Shown: piece after piece, positions 38,402 to 47,439 of the stretch
How positions within the stretch are numbered: the stretch's first letter is position 1
Layout of the letters: every line of letters begins with the position of its first letter
Assembly: GCA_044376115.1 (NCBI GenBank)
Contig: JBILLK010000040.1
Span: 1-64,000 of the forward strand
Origin: Polyangiaceae bacterium
GTDB lineage: Bacteria; Myxococcota_A; Polyangia; Polyangiales; Polyangiaceae
Direction: 5' to 3'
Length of the DNA stretch: 64,000 nucleotides
Program-made: the position numbers and the translations under genes
Notes under the pieces: model-generated
What the model saw: only the letters and a program-made list of their open reading frames with translations
Databases searched by the model: none
Told to the model about the DNA's origin: nothing

Positions 38402-38875
38402 TCAGCCGGGAGTCCCACCGGCGATCTTGGCTACGCGCTCGACTTGCGCTTGGCGGCGTCTGTACGCCTCGCGAAGCGCTTCCGAGAGCGGTCGGTCGAA
38501 GTCGTTCCCGGTATGCGGATCCGTCACGACAAATCCTTCACCTTCAAGAAATCCAAGCAGCGGCATGACGGCGTCGATTGTCACATCGATGCCATGGGCA
38601 GGAATATTCGGGAGCTCCAGCTCTGCGGTCTCGACCCAGAAGCCGAGGCGCACCAGGACGTCACCGGTTTCGTGTTCGAGAGCGATGCCGATCCCGCGCT
38701 CGAGGTACTCGCTGGGAGTCATGCCGAGGTCCTCCGCTAGGTCCTGGGCGAGAACCTCGCGATCCGTCTCGTCCTGAACGAATTGGGGGAACCTGTCCCT
38801 CACCAGCCGGATCCATTGCCGATTGTCCTCGAAGGCGTGAGCGTCCGGCTTCTTAAGAACAATACAGAAGGGCAT
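38402..38875 (-). CDS. Hypothetical cassette protein
   Basis: 157-aa ORF; GTTAGCC core ~25 bp upstream of the ATG. Confidence 0.65.
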   Translation of the reverse strand: MPFCIVLKKPDAHAFEDNRQWIRLVRDRFPQFVQDETDREVLAQDLAEDLGMTPSEYLERGIGIALEHETGDVLVRLGFWVETAELELPNIPAHGIDVTIDAVMPLLGFLEGEGFVVTDPHTGNDFDRPLSEALREAYRRRQAQVERVAKIAGGTPG

Positions 38876-38951
38876 ATCAAGTAGCGCTCCGGGCCCGCCC
38901 GGCTAACTACTATTGCGCAGCCTTCGGGGAAACCGCGTTGGCAGGAGCATC

Positions 38952-39509
38952 CTACCGAGAGGCCGAGGACCTGGGCAGTGCGTCGTAGTCGGGAACGCGG
39001 ACATCGAGGCAGTCGACAAGTGTTCCGGTAGCATCATAAACCGCGGCAATTGAGCCGCACCACGCGTAGACCTGGATCCCGTGTTGCGTGACTACGACAT
39101 CGAGATGTCCGGGCCGCGGACTCGTAGCCACCAGATCGCGCGAAGAGTTGGGCTGGATCTCATATTCGGCGGCCCAGGGCTCAAAAATTAGCTGGATGGG
39201 CGACTCGGTGTCGTTTCGGATCGTCACCTGCGACGACGCATCCGGATTTACGACCACGAGCTTTGCGAGCAGGTCAAGGCGCTGGTCCGAGACACCCGCA
39301 ATCTTGCCGAGTCGTGTTAGCTCGTCGCACGTGCCGCGATCGAGGTGCACGTTGAACTCGAAGAGGTTGTCGCAGAGATTCTCGAGCGCGACTCCGAGTT
39401 CGCCAACAGCGATGAGTTCCAGCGACTGGTTGAAGCGTTGCAGCAATATGCCCCGGTGCAACAGGGGTAGCGCCAGTCGGTGCAACATCATGGCGACTTG
39501 TTGGTGCAT
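38952..39509 (-). CDS. MafI-like immunity domain fused to a second small beta domain
   Basis: ELIAVGELGVALENLCDNLFEFNVHL...LGKIAGV, then IRND...FEPWAAEYEI...YAWCGS. Confidence 0.55.
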   Translation of the reverse strand: MHQQVAMMLHRLALPLLHRGILLQRFNQSLELIAVGELGVALENLCDNLFEFNVHLDRGTCDELTRLGKIAGVSDQRLDLLAKLVVVNPDASSQVTIRNDTESPIQLIFEPWAAEYEIQPNSSRDLVATSPRPGHLDVVVTQHGIQVYAWCGSIAAVYDATGTLVDCLDVRVPDYDALPRSSASR

Positions 39510-39707
39510 ATCTCCGGTGCCCAACGTACCGACGTCCTTCAGCGAATGACAGACCGAGCGAAGCGAGATAGGGCCGACTGGAGATCGTGGGGGTCGGAAG
39601 TGAGATAGCTCCGTCGGGCTCCGCGAATGCACAACGAGGGCATCGCGCGATCGCCTCGGCAAGGTCGTCGTTGGTCGCGCTAGAGCGAACCTTTTGAAGG
39701 TCCTTGT

Positions 39708-40079
39708 TCAACGCCAACCATCGGAGCGAGCAATCGCGATGAGGACCATTTCGACCGCACGCTCCTTCGTTGCGGCGTTTCCCACCACGACGGCATCTGG
39801 CCAGGGCGACTCTATGGCGCTCGCGACGAAATGAATCTCGTACGGAGCGTCCGGTGCCGGCTTCGGGATGATCGTCACGAACCCCGGTGATGTGTAGTCG
39901 TCTTTCGCCAGCAGAACGATGGACTTGTGCGACGTGAGTGCCCACACGTTTCGCTCCGAAAGCGCCTCTTCGAGCAGGGGTATAAGCTCGAGCATCAACG
40001 CGTACTCTTCGCTCGTGGGCGCCTTCCGAAAGAAGTCCGCCAGCGTTCCGCCCTGACACGATGCTCGAACAAGCGCCAT
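39708..40079 (-). CDS. Hypothetical cassette protein
   Basis: ATG ~18 bp after the attC core GTTAGGC; WALTSH...PWPDA...SDGW. Confidence 0.7.
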   Translation of the reverse strand: MALVRASCQGGTLADFFRKAPTSEEYALMLELIPLLEEALSERNVWALTSHKSIVLLAKDDYTSPGFVTIIPKPAPDAPYEIHFVASAIESPWPDAVVVGNAATKERAVEMVLIAIARSDGWR

Positions 40080-40096
40080 TAGAGTCCGCCCTGTCG

Positions 40097-40170
40097 GCCT
40101 AACGTATTGGCGTTCTGCGGCGAATCCCAGAGGGAGCGAGGAACGAGCGACCGACGGCGCTCGGCAGCTT
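40097..40170 (-). mobile_element. attC-like site with truncated left arm
   Basis: ...CGCCGCAGAACGCCAATAC-GTTAGGC on the minus strand, directly after the stop of 40171-40443. Confidence 0.7.
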
Positions 40171-40443
40171 CTACCACCCGATCTCCTCGTCAGACGCGTC
40201 GTGTCCGAAAGCGACAACGGGAAGGGTTGAAAGGTCTCCTGCCGCGAGGCCTGCCTCGACGATCGAAGACTTGAGGAACAGCTCAGTCCCTAGTCTACGG
40301 GAGAAGCGTGTTGCTAGGTGATCCCCCCAAGCGAGGGCCTGATCAGCATCTGGCGCGTCAACCATGAAGCAGGCCGGCCACTCGTGATCCGGGTCGCCGA
40401 CCTCCTTGGTCGAATCGCGGAACCATGCCGCATACATGAACAT
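40171..40443 (-). CDS. Small hypothetical cassette protein
   Basis: YAAWFRD...DHEWPAC...WGDHLA...EIGW; lies between two attC-like sites. Confidence 0.7.
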   Translation of the reverse strand: MFMYAAWFRDSTKEVGDPDHEWPACFMVDAPDADQALAWGDHLATRFSRRLGTELFLKSSIVEAGLAAGDLSTLPVVAFGHDASDEEIGW

Positions 40444-40480
40444 TGGCAATAGGAAGGGCCTCAAACGAGAGGAGACGTCC

Positions 40481-40567
40481 AGCTAACGTATTGGCGTTCA
40501 GCGGCGGGCGGAAGAGTGAGGCCGAAGGCCGACCGAAGCCGAGCCGACCGCTAACGCTCAGTTGGGC
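40481..40567 (-). mobile_element. attC-like site
   Basis: Minus strand GCCCAAC-TGAGCGTTAGCGG...CCGCTGAACGCCAATAC-GTTAGCT. Confidence 0.85.
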
Positions 40568-40621
40568 AGCATCCGTGTCGAGCATCAGCCGGCCGGCATC
40601 GAACGATAAGTTCGGCATCCG

Positions 40622-41251
40622 TCACGACTTGGTTCTTCGAGGAGGCCGTGGTCGGGCGGTGGTGGCCACTGGGTCGGGCGCTGGGTGCCAGGATGCTCGG
40701 TCGACTCCCCACCATGCGGCAACCTCTGCGCGTGCCGCGGCCCGCGAGCGGAAGAACCTGGGGCTGCGCTCAACCGTTGTGCCGCTGGCCGTGGCCCAGA
40801 AGTAGACTTTTGATGGAGAGTAGCGACCAAGGAAAATCGCGTTGGGGTGCTTCGGGGAGCGACCGTCGCCCTTTCGGAATGTCGGAGCAAACGGCCCAGC
40901 TGAGCGCTCGAGGAGCACGCGTTTGCAGATACGGAATTCATCGAGCATCTGAAAGAAGATATCGAATGCCGAGTCCTGCCCGCGCTCGCGCTCCTCCAGC
41001 CAGTGGAATGGCAGATTGTTGCTCTCGTGGATTCCGTCGAAGCGAGCAGCAAACCAAGGAGAAAAGTCCATGTATGGCGGTTCGCCTTGGTTCAGACCAG
41101 CCGCGTGGAGAGTTGTCAAGACCGCCTGCAAGCGCGGCATCTTCGAGCCCGCAACGGCATCGTTGTTGAGTCCACCGAGGCAGATTCCTGGGAACTTCCG
41201 CACGCTGTCGAGGAAGTCGTAGTACGTTGAGCGCGGCGGGCGATTCTTCAC
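40622..41251 (-). CDS. Hypothetical cassette protein
   Basis: 209-aa ORF; GTTGGGC core upstream (~41286-41292) and attC downstream. Confidence 0.6.
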   Translation of the reverse strand: MKNRPPRSTYYDFLDSVRKFPGICLGGLNNDAVAGSKMPRLQAVLTTLHAAGLNQGEPPYMDFSPWFAARFDGIHESNNLPFHWLEERERGQDSAFDIFFQMLDEFRICKRVLLERSAGPFAPTFRKGDGRSPKHPNAIFLGRYSPSKVYFWATASGTTVERSPRFFRSRAAARAEVAAWWGVDRASWHPAPDPVATTARPRPPRRTKS

Positions 41252-41363
41252 ACTGCCATCCGATATCGCGACGGTCGTTCTGTCAGCCCAACCAGTGTCG
41301 CACGACGTTCTTCATCGCCTACAAAGTAACTGGCGAGTCTCGTCTCTAGATCGTTGAGCCCTG

Positions 41364-41594
41364 TCATGAAAGCAGCGGCCTCCGCCTTCGGCAAGGCTCA
41401 GACTCGCTGCGCTCGGCGTTCGATTGGCTCAAGGCTTCTTGGGCGAGACGGCTCATCACGGGGTGGGTCGTGTAGAGGTCGCAGAGCAGGTCGTGAATCA
41501 CCTGATAGGTCGCTGGGCATAGCAGCTCCTCAAACCCATCGAGGCCTTCGTCGGCGAGGTCCTCGATCGTCTTCGGTCGTTTCTTGTCGTTCAT
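41364..41594 (-). CDS. Small hypothetical protein, paralog of 33542-33823
   Basis: PKTIEDLADE...DLYTTHPVMSRLAQEAL. Confidence 0.7.
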   Translation of the reverse strand: MNDKKRPKTIEDLADEGLDGFEELLCPATYQVIHDLLCDLYTTHPVMSRLAQEALSQSNAERSESEPCRRRRPLLS

Positions 41595-41619
41595 CTCGCT
41601 CCTCCAGTCGTTGGTCTTG

Positions 41620-42225
41620 TCACGCGGCGTTCAAACTCAGGGTTACCGCGGCGTGGTCGGGTCGCGTCGCGCCGACCTCCGCTCCAGGGTCGTCTCCGAT
41701 CGATCGCAGGCCCTCGACGCGCGCGTCGACGCTGCACCGCCAGCGCCCGCTTCGCGCGAGTTCTTCGCTCACCAGGATCTGATCCAGCATCTCCCGATGG
41801 CCGTTGTGCACGCGGGAGAAGCGGCGCTCCTCAGCGACGAGCGCGCTCAGATTCCAGAGCCGCTGCGCGTCGCCAAGGTCCGGAAGCGCGAAGCCGCGGG
41901 TCTCGATCGCCGAGCCGCCAGGCCCGAGCAGGATCTGCGTGGTCGCGGCGCTGGGCACGTCGTTGAGGTCGCCGAGGACGATCACCGGGCGCTGCTCCGC
42001 GCGTAGCTTCGACACGACCGCTCTCACCGCTGCGGCCTCAGCGGCTCGGCGAGCCAAAGCTTGTGCCGCTACGCGCGCGCGGAGGTCTTCGTCGGTGGTC
42101 GAGAACTTCCCGCCAGGGAAGGTCAGCAACTTCGACTTCAGGTGCACGTTGATCAGGTCGATCGAGAAGTCCGCGCGTTCGACTCGGACGTGCAGCGCGC
42201 CTCTGCCGAGGCGTGGCGTCTTCAC
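41620..42225 (-). CDS. Endonuclease/exonuclease/phosphatase (EEP) family protein, N-terminally truncated
   Basis: NVHLKSK, VLGDLND, LDQILVS and PDH motifs; GTG overlaps the upstream TGA; N-terminal N...E motifs absent. Confidence 0.75.
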   Translation of the reverse strand: MKTPRLGRGALHVRVERADFSIDLINVHLKSKLLTFPGGKFSTTDEDLRARVAAQALARRAAEAAAVRAVVSKLRAEQRPVIVLGDLNDVPSAATTQILLGPGGSAIETRGFALPDLGDAQRLWNLSALVAEERRFSRVHNGHREMLDQILVSEELARSGRWRCSVDARVEGLRSIGDDPGAEVGATRPDHAAVTLSLNAA

Positions 42226-43601
42226 ATCACACCTCGCGCCCTTCGGATCTCTGTTCGCGTCATCGGGCCACGCATCAGCGTCATGGCCCACCTTGGTTGG
42301 ATCAGCTGGGTCTCGCTCGTGTGCGCGTTGCGCACGACGAACCAGCGCGGGCGCAGGTTCTTGAGCAGCCCGTCGAGTTCTTCACGACCGCTGCCAAGCT
42401 GTGCTTCGTTGATCAGGCCGTCGAGCACGCGAGCGCGATCCGCGTCGGTCTGCAGTCGCCCCAAGCACCAGAGGCCCGCGTTGGAGAGGGAGCGGTAGTC
42501 GAGGTCCATCGGGTTCTGGGTCGCGATCACCACGCCGACTCCGAAGGCCCTCGCCTGCTTCATCAGCGCGACGAGCGGCCGCTTGGTTGGTGGGTTCGCC
42601 GGGTGCGGCGGCAAGAAGCCGTACACTTCGTCGAACACCACCAGCGCGCGCAGACGTTGTGACCCCGAGAGGCCGCGCACCCAGGTGAGCACCTCTTCCA
42701 GCACGAGGCCGAGGACGAGCGCACGCTCATCGTCATCCAGGTGGGCCACGCTGACGATCGTGGCTGGGGTCTTGCCGTTCACCGGCGCCATCCAGGCGCC
42801 GATGTCGAGCGTCTCGCCGCGCCGCCAGCTCGAGAAGGTCGGCGACGCGAGCAAGGTGTTGAGCGCGGCCGCGAGATCCTTTCGGGCCTTCTTGGAGATG
42901 AAGGCGTCGGTCTCCAACGCACCGACGCGATCGATCGGCGGCGCGAGCACGTCCTCGAGCAGCGCGCCCAGCTCGGCGGTGCCACCCGCCGCGAGGCGCC
43001 GCTCCGCGAGCAGCGAGAGCAGCACGTGCTCACGACTCTTGGCCGGATCCGGATCCCGACCGAGCAGCCGGAGCACGAGCGAGATGGCGGCCGACAGCGC
43101 CGAGCGCGCGCCGTCCGGATCCGAGGCCCAGCGCGCGGAGGGCCGCTCCAAGCCCGAGAGGACATGGAGCAGCTCGCCCGCATCGGCGCCCGGCGTCACG
43201 ACACGTACGTGCGTACTCCCAGCGAAGTTCTTCAGCGCGTCTTGGTCGATGCCGAAGGCGGTGAGCCCCGTCGCTCGCTCCCCCGCCATTCGGCTCGCGA
43301 CCGTGTGCGCATCTTCGTGAGCGCTCATCCCTTCAACCCAGGGCGCGATGGCGCTCGGATCAAACGTCGGAATTTGGAGCAGGAGGTTTGGAAGGTCGCC
43401 CTTCACGTCGATCACGAGGACCGGGATTTGGTTGCGTAGCGCCTCCTCCACCATCACGGTGATGAGGCCGGTTTTCCCGCTGCCGGTCATGCCGACCACG
43501 ACGCCGTGAGTGACGAGGTGGTGCGCCGGCAGCCGAGCCGGCGTCACCTCTTTCTTCAGGCTGAGGGGTCGTGCGATGCCGAGGTGAAGGCTCGGCGTCA
43601 T
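42222..43601 (-). CDS. HerA/FtsK-like (DUF853-type) ATPase
   Basis: HGVVVGMTGSGKT, VIDVKGD, VVFDE, KQARAFGVGVVIATQNP. Confidence 0.88.
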   Translation of the reverse strand: MTPSLHLGIARPLSLKKEVTPARLPAHHLVTHGVVVGMTGSGKTGLITVMVEEALRNQIPVLVIDVKGDLPNLLLQIPTFDPSAIAPWVEGMSAHEDAHTVASRMAGERATGLTAFGIDQDALKNFAGSTHVRVVTPGADAGELLHVLSGLERPSARWASDPDGARSALSAAISLVLRLLGRDPDPAKSREHVLLSLLAERRLAAGGTAELGALLEDVLAPPIDRVGALETDAFISKKARKDLAAALNTLLASPTFSSWRRGETLDIGAWMAPVNGKTPATIVSVAHLDDDERALVLGLVLEEVLTWVRGLSGSQRLRALVVFDEVYGFLPPHPANPPTKRPLVALMKQARAFGVGVVIATQNPMDLDYRSLSNAGLWCLGRLQTDADRARVLDGLINEAQLGSGREELDGLLKNLRPRWFVVRNAHTSETQLIQPRWAMTLMRGPMTRTEIRRARGVM

Positions 43602-43603
43602 GA

Positions 43604-44530
43604 TCAGCCCCGTCCAACCGGCTCGTCAGAGGGCAAGCCGGTGGTGCCCGCGTTCACGACCGGCTGGGTCGAGCCGGCAGGGACCGCAGCGACGACCGGT
43701 AGCTCTGGCGCGAGTTCTTCCTCTTTGGTCTCGGTGCGCCTACTTTTCTTGGGCGCGAGGCTCGGAGTAAACGACTCCACGTCGTCTTCGTACCAGCGCA
43801 GGTACGTGACGCCGCGACGGACCTCGTCGTACGCCCGGACGAACAGCGTGAGCGCCTTGCGGCGCGTGAGCGAGGCGGCGCTGATGGTCTCCGGTTCGCG
43901 GCCCTTGATGCCGATCGCCACCATCATGCGCAGCGCGAGATCCTCTGCTTCGAGCAGCGAGGCCTCGGTGATCGGGCTCTTCGACGCGATGGCTGCCCAG
44001 CTATTGCGGAACAGCCCCACGAGCGAGGTCACGTCGAACGCGAGGTTCTGAAAGCCGTTCGGGTTGCGCAGGTTCTTCACCGTCGTCGCGTCCATCAGCC
44101 CGTAGTTCTCAAGCGCGATCGCCATCGAGATCAGGCTGCTGCGCACCTTGGTGAGCTCGGCGTCGAGCTCCTGCGTCGAGGTCGACGGCGCGCTGGTGAT
44201 GGTGAAGTTCGCGTGGGCCTGCGCCGCCGCGAGCGTGTAGCGCTCGAGGTTGTCCAGCTTCTGCACGTCGAAGCCGCGCAGCTGGATGAGCTCCGACCGC
44301 AGCGTCTCGATCGTCGGCAGGTACGCGAGCACGCGGATGGTCACGGCGCCGATGTCCGTGAACATTTTCATCGCCCCTTGGTCCGGGATCGCTTCGATCT
44401 CGTCGATGGTCGCCTCAAAGGCCGGCCTCATCCGGCTCGCAGGGATGGTGCCGCTCAAGGTCGGCGCGGTGACGCTCGGCGTCGTCTCGTCGCCAGGGTT
44501 CGTAACGCCGCCGGGGATGCTGTTCGACAT
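43604..44530 (-). CDS. All-alpha hypothetical protein leading the HerA operon
   Basis: GGAGAG RBS; ~308 aa; RKALTLFVRAYDEVRRGVTYLRW...PSL; 2 bp from the HerA start. Confidence 0.8.
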   Translation of the reverse strand: MSNSIPGGVTNPGDETTPSVTAPTLSGTIPASRMRPAFEATIDEIEAIPDQGAMKMFTDIGAVTIRVLAYLPTIETLRSELIQLRGFDVQKLDNLERYTLAAAQAHANFTITSAPSTSTQELDAELTKVRSSLISMAIALENYGLMDATTVKNLRNPNGFQNLAFDVTSLVGLFRNSWAAIASKSPITEASLLEAEDLALRMMVAIGIKGREPETISAASLTRRKALTLFVRAYDEVRRGVTYLRWYEDDVESFTPSLAPKKSRRTETKEEELAPELPVVAAVPAGSTQPVVNAGTTGLPSDEPVGRG

Positions 44531-44738
44531 GATGGTCTCTCCACGTCGGGCTCGGACAAAGCGCCGCCTGCGCAAGCAACCCGCTCACGCTCGGCAGCGC
44601 CCCTACTTCCTGCCCTCAAAGGGAGAAGCCAAAAACCGCTCTCGCTTTTGATCAGAATCGACACGACCCCTGTCGATTTTCCTCCACGGCTCGCAAAGCC
44701 CCGAGACAACAGGCACTTAGCGATCCTCCGTAGCGCTC

Positions 44739-45132
44739 AGACCCTATCAACAGGCTCGCCGAGATCGTGCGACGTCGTCCGGACCCTGTTGAAAGGGTCC
44801 CAGAGACTTCGAAAGTCTCCTGGACCCTGTTGAATGGGTCTCTTTTGACACACCCGGTCTTTTTGACCCTGTTGAAAGGGTCCTAGAGACACGACTGTCT
44901 CTTTTTGAGCCATTCAACAGGGTCCAGGAGAGGCAAAAAGTCTTTTGGACCCTGTTGAGAGGGTCCCAGAGACACGACTGTCTCTTTTTGAGCCATTCAA
45001 CAGGGTCCAGGAGAGGCGGAAAGTCGTTGGGACCCTGTTGAGAGGGTCCCGGAGACACGACTGTCTCTTTTTGAGCCATTCAACAGGGTCCGGGAGAGGC
45101 GGAAAGTCGTTGGGACCCTGTTGAGAGGGTTG
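44739..45132. repeat. Phased array of ten 20-bp boxes at 41/42-bp spacing, alternating orientation (83-bp higher-order unit)
   Basis: GGACCCTGTTGARAGGGTCC or reverse form TGAGCCATTCAACAGGGTCC at 44739, 44781, 44822, 44864, 44906, 44947, 44989, 45030, 45072, 45113. Confidence 0.92.
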
Positions 45133-45140
45133 GAGAGGTG

Positions 45141-45300
45141 CGACCGGGACCTCAGGTGGCGCTCTAGACCGGGTGCCTGGGTGACACTGTCCGGGTGCCT
45201 AGGTGACACTGTCCGGGATGGTTGGCGACGTGGTCCGGGGTGGCTGGCGGGCTTGACCGGGTGGGTCGGTGACGCAGACCGGGAGGATGGGGGCACGACA
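45141..45300 (+). repeat. 22-bp-period CCGGG repeat block, copy 1
   Basis: CCGGG at 45169, 45191, 45213, 45235, 45257, 45279; unit CCGGGTGCCTRGGTGACACTGT. Confidence 0.85.
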
Positions 45301-45711
45301 GGGTTGGGCCGTCGAAGCGGCGGTGGGCACAAGACCTTGCTCGACGCCTCACCTAGAGAGCGCATTTTGCGCACCCTGGTCGAGCAGCTCAGGCCTTGGG
45401 GAATGCGAGACGGAGCAGACCGTGCGGAGCTCGGTCCTCGGGCGCCAAGGATGGAGTAGGCCCTCGGCTGCGCGCAGGCGGGCAATCGTGTCGGGGTAGT
45501 GGCGGACTCAAGCCAGCGCATGGGTCCCCAGCCAAGAACCACCTTAGCTGGCTCCGTAGGCGGATGACATGAGCCGACTTGAAGCCGCCGTAGGGAAGGG
45601 CGGAGGAGAGATGGGGCTGGGGAGGCCTCACAAGAGACGACCTACCTCGCCAGTTACTTTGTCAGGCCGTGAAGGACGCCGTGTAATCTAGTGGGCAGAC
45701 AGAGGCGGCGC

Positions 45712-46869
45712 ATGAAAGCACTACGTTCGACCGTCGATCTTGACGAGCACAAGCATCAGACCGTCGACATGTTGCTCGACGGTGCCACGAGAGTCTTCCT
45801 CGACACTAACGTTTTGGCGTGGTCGTTTCGGCTAAACGAAGACGCACGGCATGAGTTCCAGCATTGGCTGGGAGCACTGCGCCACGACGAACGGCTCGCA
45901 ATCCCGGCGTGGGTTGTGCACGAATACAATCATCACCTTTCCAGAGAAGACCCTGCCTTTTTCACGCCCGCCAAGGTGCTAACCAAGCAACTCTCCACTT
46001 TGTTGGGCGAACTTGATCGAACGTCGCACCTTGTCTTTTCGGACAACGCCAGTCAGACACTGGGGTTCGCGAACAGAGACGATCTGCTTCGCAAGACCGC
46101 GGACGCGGCGTCGCTAATCGAAACGGTTGCACGCCAGGCGGTATCTCAAGCCGCTGAGTCCCGCGCCCTGCTGGTGCCATTTTGGGAGGAGGTCGTTGCC
46201 AGCTCTGGACTAACGTCGGACATTCAAGCCCTTGCGCTCCGCGCTTCGGGTGAAGTTCAGGCACGCGCTGCCAATCGGCTCGCGCCTGGCTACCAAGACG
46301 CCGCCAAGTCGGAAAACAGCGTCGGAGATCTGGTTCTATGGTCCGAGATGCTCGATGATTGTCGCAACCGAAAGTGTGGCGCCGCGGTCCTGTTGACGAA
46401 TGATCGAAAGGCGGATTGGGTCTATTCGCCCGTCGCAGTCTCGCTCAGCAACGGCAAAGAGATTTCAGGAAAAACCGCAGCCGTCCAGAATGTTAAGCTT
46501 CCGAAGCCGGAGCTGGTTGCAGAGTTCGAGCGCGCTAGCGGACATTCCAACGTTCTCATTCTCACCCTCGACTTTGCTATCGAATCCTTGTCCTCGAATG
46601 CGCTCAACTCTTCGTCAGCAAACGACTTTCGACACCTCGCATTGGCTGCCCGAATCGATCTGGCTCGAACCCCGACCGAGGCGGTTATCGCGTGGTTCCT
46701 CAAAAACCCGGGCCTGCTCGATGAGGCCACTGCCGGCGTGTGCCACTGGAAGGCCAGCCCCTCCGAGGTCGACCAAGACGCGTTCGTCAAGTGGGTCTCT
46801 GACCGAACGGACCTCGCGAAGAATGAAGCGGTCGTCTGGGGCGATGTTTTCGTCGAGCTGTTCTTGTAG
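45712..46869 (+). CDS. PIN-like domain protein (PIN_8/DUF4935-type), cassette
   Basis: FLDTNVL, IPAWVVHEY, PGYQD..K...GDLVLW, LLTNDRKADW; followed by attC. Confidence 0.85.
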   Translation: MKALRSTVDLDEHKHQTVDMLLDGATRVFLDTNVLAWSFRLNEDARHEFQHWLGALRHDERLAIPAWVVHEYNHHLSREDPAFFTPAKVLTKQLSTLLGELDRTSHLVFSDNASQTLGFANRDDLLRKTADAASLIETVARQAVSQAAESRALLVPFWEEVVASSGLTSDIQALALRASGEVQARAANRLAPGYQDAAKSENSVGDLVLWSEMLDDCRNRKCGAAVLLTNDRKADWVYSPVAVSLSNGKEISGKTAAVQNVKLPKPELVAEFERASGHSNVLILTLDFAIESLSSNALNSSSANDFRHLALAARIDLARTPTEAVIAWFLKNPGLLDEATAGVCHWKASPSEVDQDAFVKWVSDRTDLAKNEAVVWGDVFVELFL

Positions 46870-46912
46870 CGCACCCGGATTGTCTCCGACCTGGGTCAGT
46901 GCGCCCGATGCT

Positions 46913-46965
46913 GCCCAACAAGGCGTTGCACCTAACGATCGCCGGTGAACGCCAGTACGTTGGGC
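46913..46965 (+). mobile_element. Short attC-like site (53 bp)
   Basis: GCCCAAC-AAGGCGTTGCACC...GGTGAACGCCAGTAC-GTTGGGC; perfectly complementary cores. Confidence 0.85.
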
Positions 46966-47071
46966 AGACGGTTGCTATGACCTTGTTGAGACGCCTGTAG
47001 CGACGCTGATTGCCGGCTCGATCTTTGCGTTCTATCGGGACAGCAGCGGGGCGCCCGCGCGGGTGCACGTC

Positions 47072-47338
47072 ATGACCGCGACCTCTCTTGTTGTACTGTT
47101 TTGGCTCCCAGCTTTGTTCGTCGGGTCGGTGCGGCAATTGTCGCAGCGAGCTCTCCCGCTCTCCGCGTGGCTGGGCTGCGCGGCGGTTGCCTACGATGCC
47201 GGTACGTCGTTCGTCGTTTCCAAGAGCGAGTTTCCCAACCCAGTCATGTGGCCCCTCGTTTTCCTGGCCGGTGCGGGACTCTTGGTCGTCCACGCTTTCG
47301 TGGGCACCCTCAACGGCCCAAGGCCGAGAGACGCCTAG
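47072..47338 (+). CDS. Small membrane cassette protein
   Basis: Three hydrophobic segments; lies between two attC-like sites. Confidence 0.5.
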   Translation: MTATSLVVLFWLPALFVGSVRQLSQRALPLSAWLGCAAVAYDAGTSFVVSKSEFPNPVMWPLVFLAGAGLLVVHAFVGTLNGPRPRDA

Positions 47339-47356
47339 GCCGCGCGGCCGCATGCC

Positions 47357-47437
47357 AATCAACTGGCCGTTGCTGCCGACTCCGCTCTCGGCCGCTCCTC
47401 CCTCAAGACGTGGCGGCGGAACGGCGGTTCGTTGGGA
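47357..47437 (+). mobile_element. attC-like site
   Basis: AATCAAC-TGGCCGTTGCTGCC...GGCGGAACGGCGGTTC-GTTGGGA. Confidence 0.65.
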
Positions 47438-47439
47438 AG

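Larger units (their letters stand above)
33820..41384. repeat. Direct repeat pair (33820-33840 and 41364-41384) bracketing a 7.5-kb accessory block
   Basis: TCATGAAAGCAGCGGCC(G/T)CCG, 20/21 identical; gapped similarity continues ~25 bp (TCGGCAA..GGCTCAG..CTCG). Confidence 0.75.

Noticed and set aside
44747..45079. 110-aa ORF across the repeat array
   Set aside because: Its repetitive translation is a by-product of the DNA repeat; the 83-bp unit does not preserve frame
44739..45132. CRISPR or TIGR array
   Set aside because: Linkers recur rather than being unique spacers, boxes alternate strand, and no cas or Nop-domain gene is recognisable nearby
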